Assembly: GCA_049510745.1 (NCBI GenBank)
Contig: JBEKYR010000008.1
Span: 64,001-128,000 of the forward strand
Length of the DNA: 64,000 nt
Direction: 5' to 3'
Source: Verrucomicrobiota bacterium
GTDB taxonomy: Bacteria; Verrucomicrobiota; Verrucomicrobiia; Limisphaerales; Palsa-1400
The stretch's first letter is position 1. The number at the start of each line of letters is the position of its first letter. The position numbers and the translations under genes were made by a program. The notes below the pieces were generated by a model. The model made no database searches and was not told the origin of the DNA. It saw only the letters and a list, made by a program, of their open reading frames with translations. Below, in pieces: positions 62,736 to 64,000 of the stretch.

Positions 62736-62837
62736 TGTAGCCGGTGTTCGACGGAGAATGTGTTCGGCGAGGCGCCGAACACGGCGGGCGAGGGCGCCCG
62801 CGCTCCCCAAAACCCCTACGCCTCAGCGGCTACAGTT
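62736..62837 (+). repeat. REP family D, full copy with GTAG-containing inverted ends
   Basis: TGTAGCCG (62736-62743) ... CGGCTACA (62827-62834); lies between convergent genes. Confidence 0.9.
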
Positions 62838-62861
62838 CGCGCCGGATTGGCAAAAGGGAAT

Positions 62862-63968
62862 TCATTTTTCGATCGCTTCCTCCGGCTGGCCATGCGTGAC
62901 GGCGGCCAGAGGCTCGTTCTCGCGCAACCCCAGGTAAATCAGCCCGCCGACCAGGCTCCAAAACAGCCCCTCAGCCGAGGCGAGCAGGGAAACCGAAAGC
63001 GCCGCCGTGCGCGGCACCGCGATCACCGCCAGCATCAGCACAAAGAGATTCTCCCGCACGCCCAGGCCGTTGGGCGTGATGGGCAGGGCGGAAATGCAGA
63101 AAATAACCGGCACGATGACAAACAAGGCCATCAGCGAAATGTGCAAGTCCAGCCCGGCGCCCAAGGTCAAAACCTGCGCGACCCAGAGGACGTTGAGAAA
63201 GAGGGAAATGGCAACCGTCTTGAGCAGAAAAGTGCGTTGCTTGCCGAATTGGCGGCAGGAATCCAGCGCCCGTTCCAGCAAATCGCCCTTGGGCAAGCGG
63301 CGCAGTTGATGGCGGGCGCGGGGAAAGCGCTTCGAGACCCCGCCCCAAAAGGCCAGCCCCAGGACCACGCTCAACGCCGCCAGCATCGCCAGGATGAACA
63401 GCGCCGGCACCGCCAGATCGGGCGAGACCCGGAGCAGAGAGAAATTCGGGGGCATCATCAGGCCGGCGAACAGGAGCATCGCCCACAGTCCCACCAGCCG
63501 GTCCACAAAGACCGTTGTCACCGCCTCGGTTTTTTTGTGGTGCGTTTCTTGCGCGGCGGCGTAGGCCTTGATCAAGTCGCCGCCCGTTGAGCCAAGCAGG
63601 AATGAATTGAAAAATTGCGCCACAAACGAAATGCGCGTGGCGCGGCCCAGCGGCAGATGCAGCCCTTGCGCCTCCAGCACGATGCGCCACCGCACCACGC
63701 CGATAAACAAGGCCAGGCCGACGATCAGGGTGGAGGCAATCAGCGCCCAGAGATGAGTCATGCGGAGCGTGTGCCACAGGTCCCGCGGTCCGTTGCTCCA
63801 CGCCAGGCGCCATTGTTGCGCGCGGCTCATGGCCTGCCAATCCAGGCCGGCGCCTTGGGCGGCGAGCCTGCCTTCGTTCAGGAAAATGGAATGGAAGATC
63901 CAGAGCAACAGCAGCAGGCAGACGCCGACCCGCCATCCCACGCTCCAACAGGCCTTGAGACTCTTCAT
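62862..63968 (-). CDS. Lysylphosphatidylglycerol synthase TM-domain (UPF0104) membrane protein
   Basis: RW..VL, FFN.FL..STGGD..K, DRLVGL, LPITPNGLGVRE. Confidence 0.9.
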   Translation of the reverse strand: MKSLKACWSVGWRVGVCLLLLLWIFHSIFLNEGRLAAQGAGLDWQAMSRAQQWRLAWSNGPRDLWHTLRMTHLWALIASTLIVGLALFIGVVRWRIVLEAQGLHLPLGRATRISFVAQFFNSFLLGSTGGDLIKAYAAAQETHHKKTEAVTTVFVDRLVGLWAMLLFAGLMMPPNFSLLRVSPDLAVPALFILAMLAALSVVLGLAFWGGVSKRFPRARHQLRRLPKGDLLERALDSCRQFGKQRTFLLKTVAISLFLNVLWVAQVLTLGAGLDLHISLMALFVIVPVIFCISALPITPNGLGVRENLFVLMLAVIAVPRTAALSVSLLASAEGLFWSLVGGLIYLGLRENEPLAAVTHGQPEEAIEK

Positions 63969-64000
63969 TCTTCACCCCAAAGCTGTTTGACATGAGCCAC

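Overview
GC-rich bacterial chromosomal window. Gene content and style (DUF5069, Uma2, secreted S74 'AFTYQG' protein, GTAG-type REPs) suggest a Verrucomicrobiota (Pedosphaerales-like) genome; this is an inference. The backbone is housekeeping (gap, rsmD, ltaE, two uvrA units, rpoD, rpsO-pnp, mrp, pyrR-pyrB with a PyrR attenuator, gltA) plus two RND efflux clusters and a sigma54 two-component system. The most unusual signal is a set of orphan Mu-like DNA-packaging genes with no capsid, portal or transposase in view: an apparently intact large terminase (451-2064) and two Gp27/small-terminase-like genes (5225-5971, 50419-51036). All three share an identical 19-bp upstream motif followed by TTGAC-(20 bp)-CAKGAT. 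They sit in mosaics of 7/8/9/10-mer repeats, and the small genes end in 10-bp-period arrays, with a third orphan array at about 19.1 kb. The first island is bounded by a perfect 34-bp direct repeat and carries a low-GC two-gene cassette (HemK-like methyltransferase plus a WWGWW protein) between two RAYT transposase stubs. Also present are a Dam/HNH restriction-modification pair whose nuclease has an in-frame amber stop, and several gene remnants. No rRNA, tRNA or CRISPR array was recognised.
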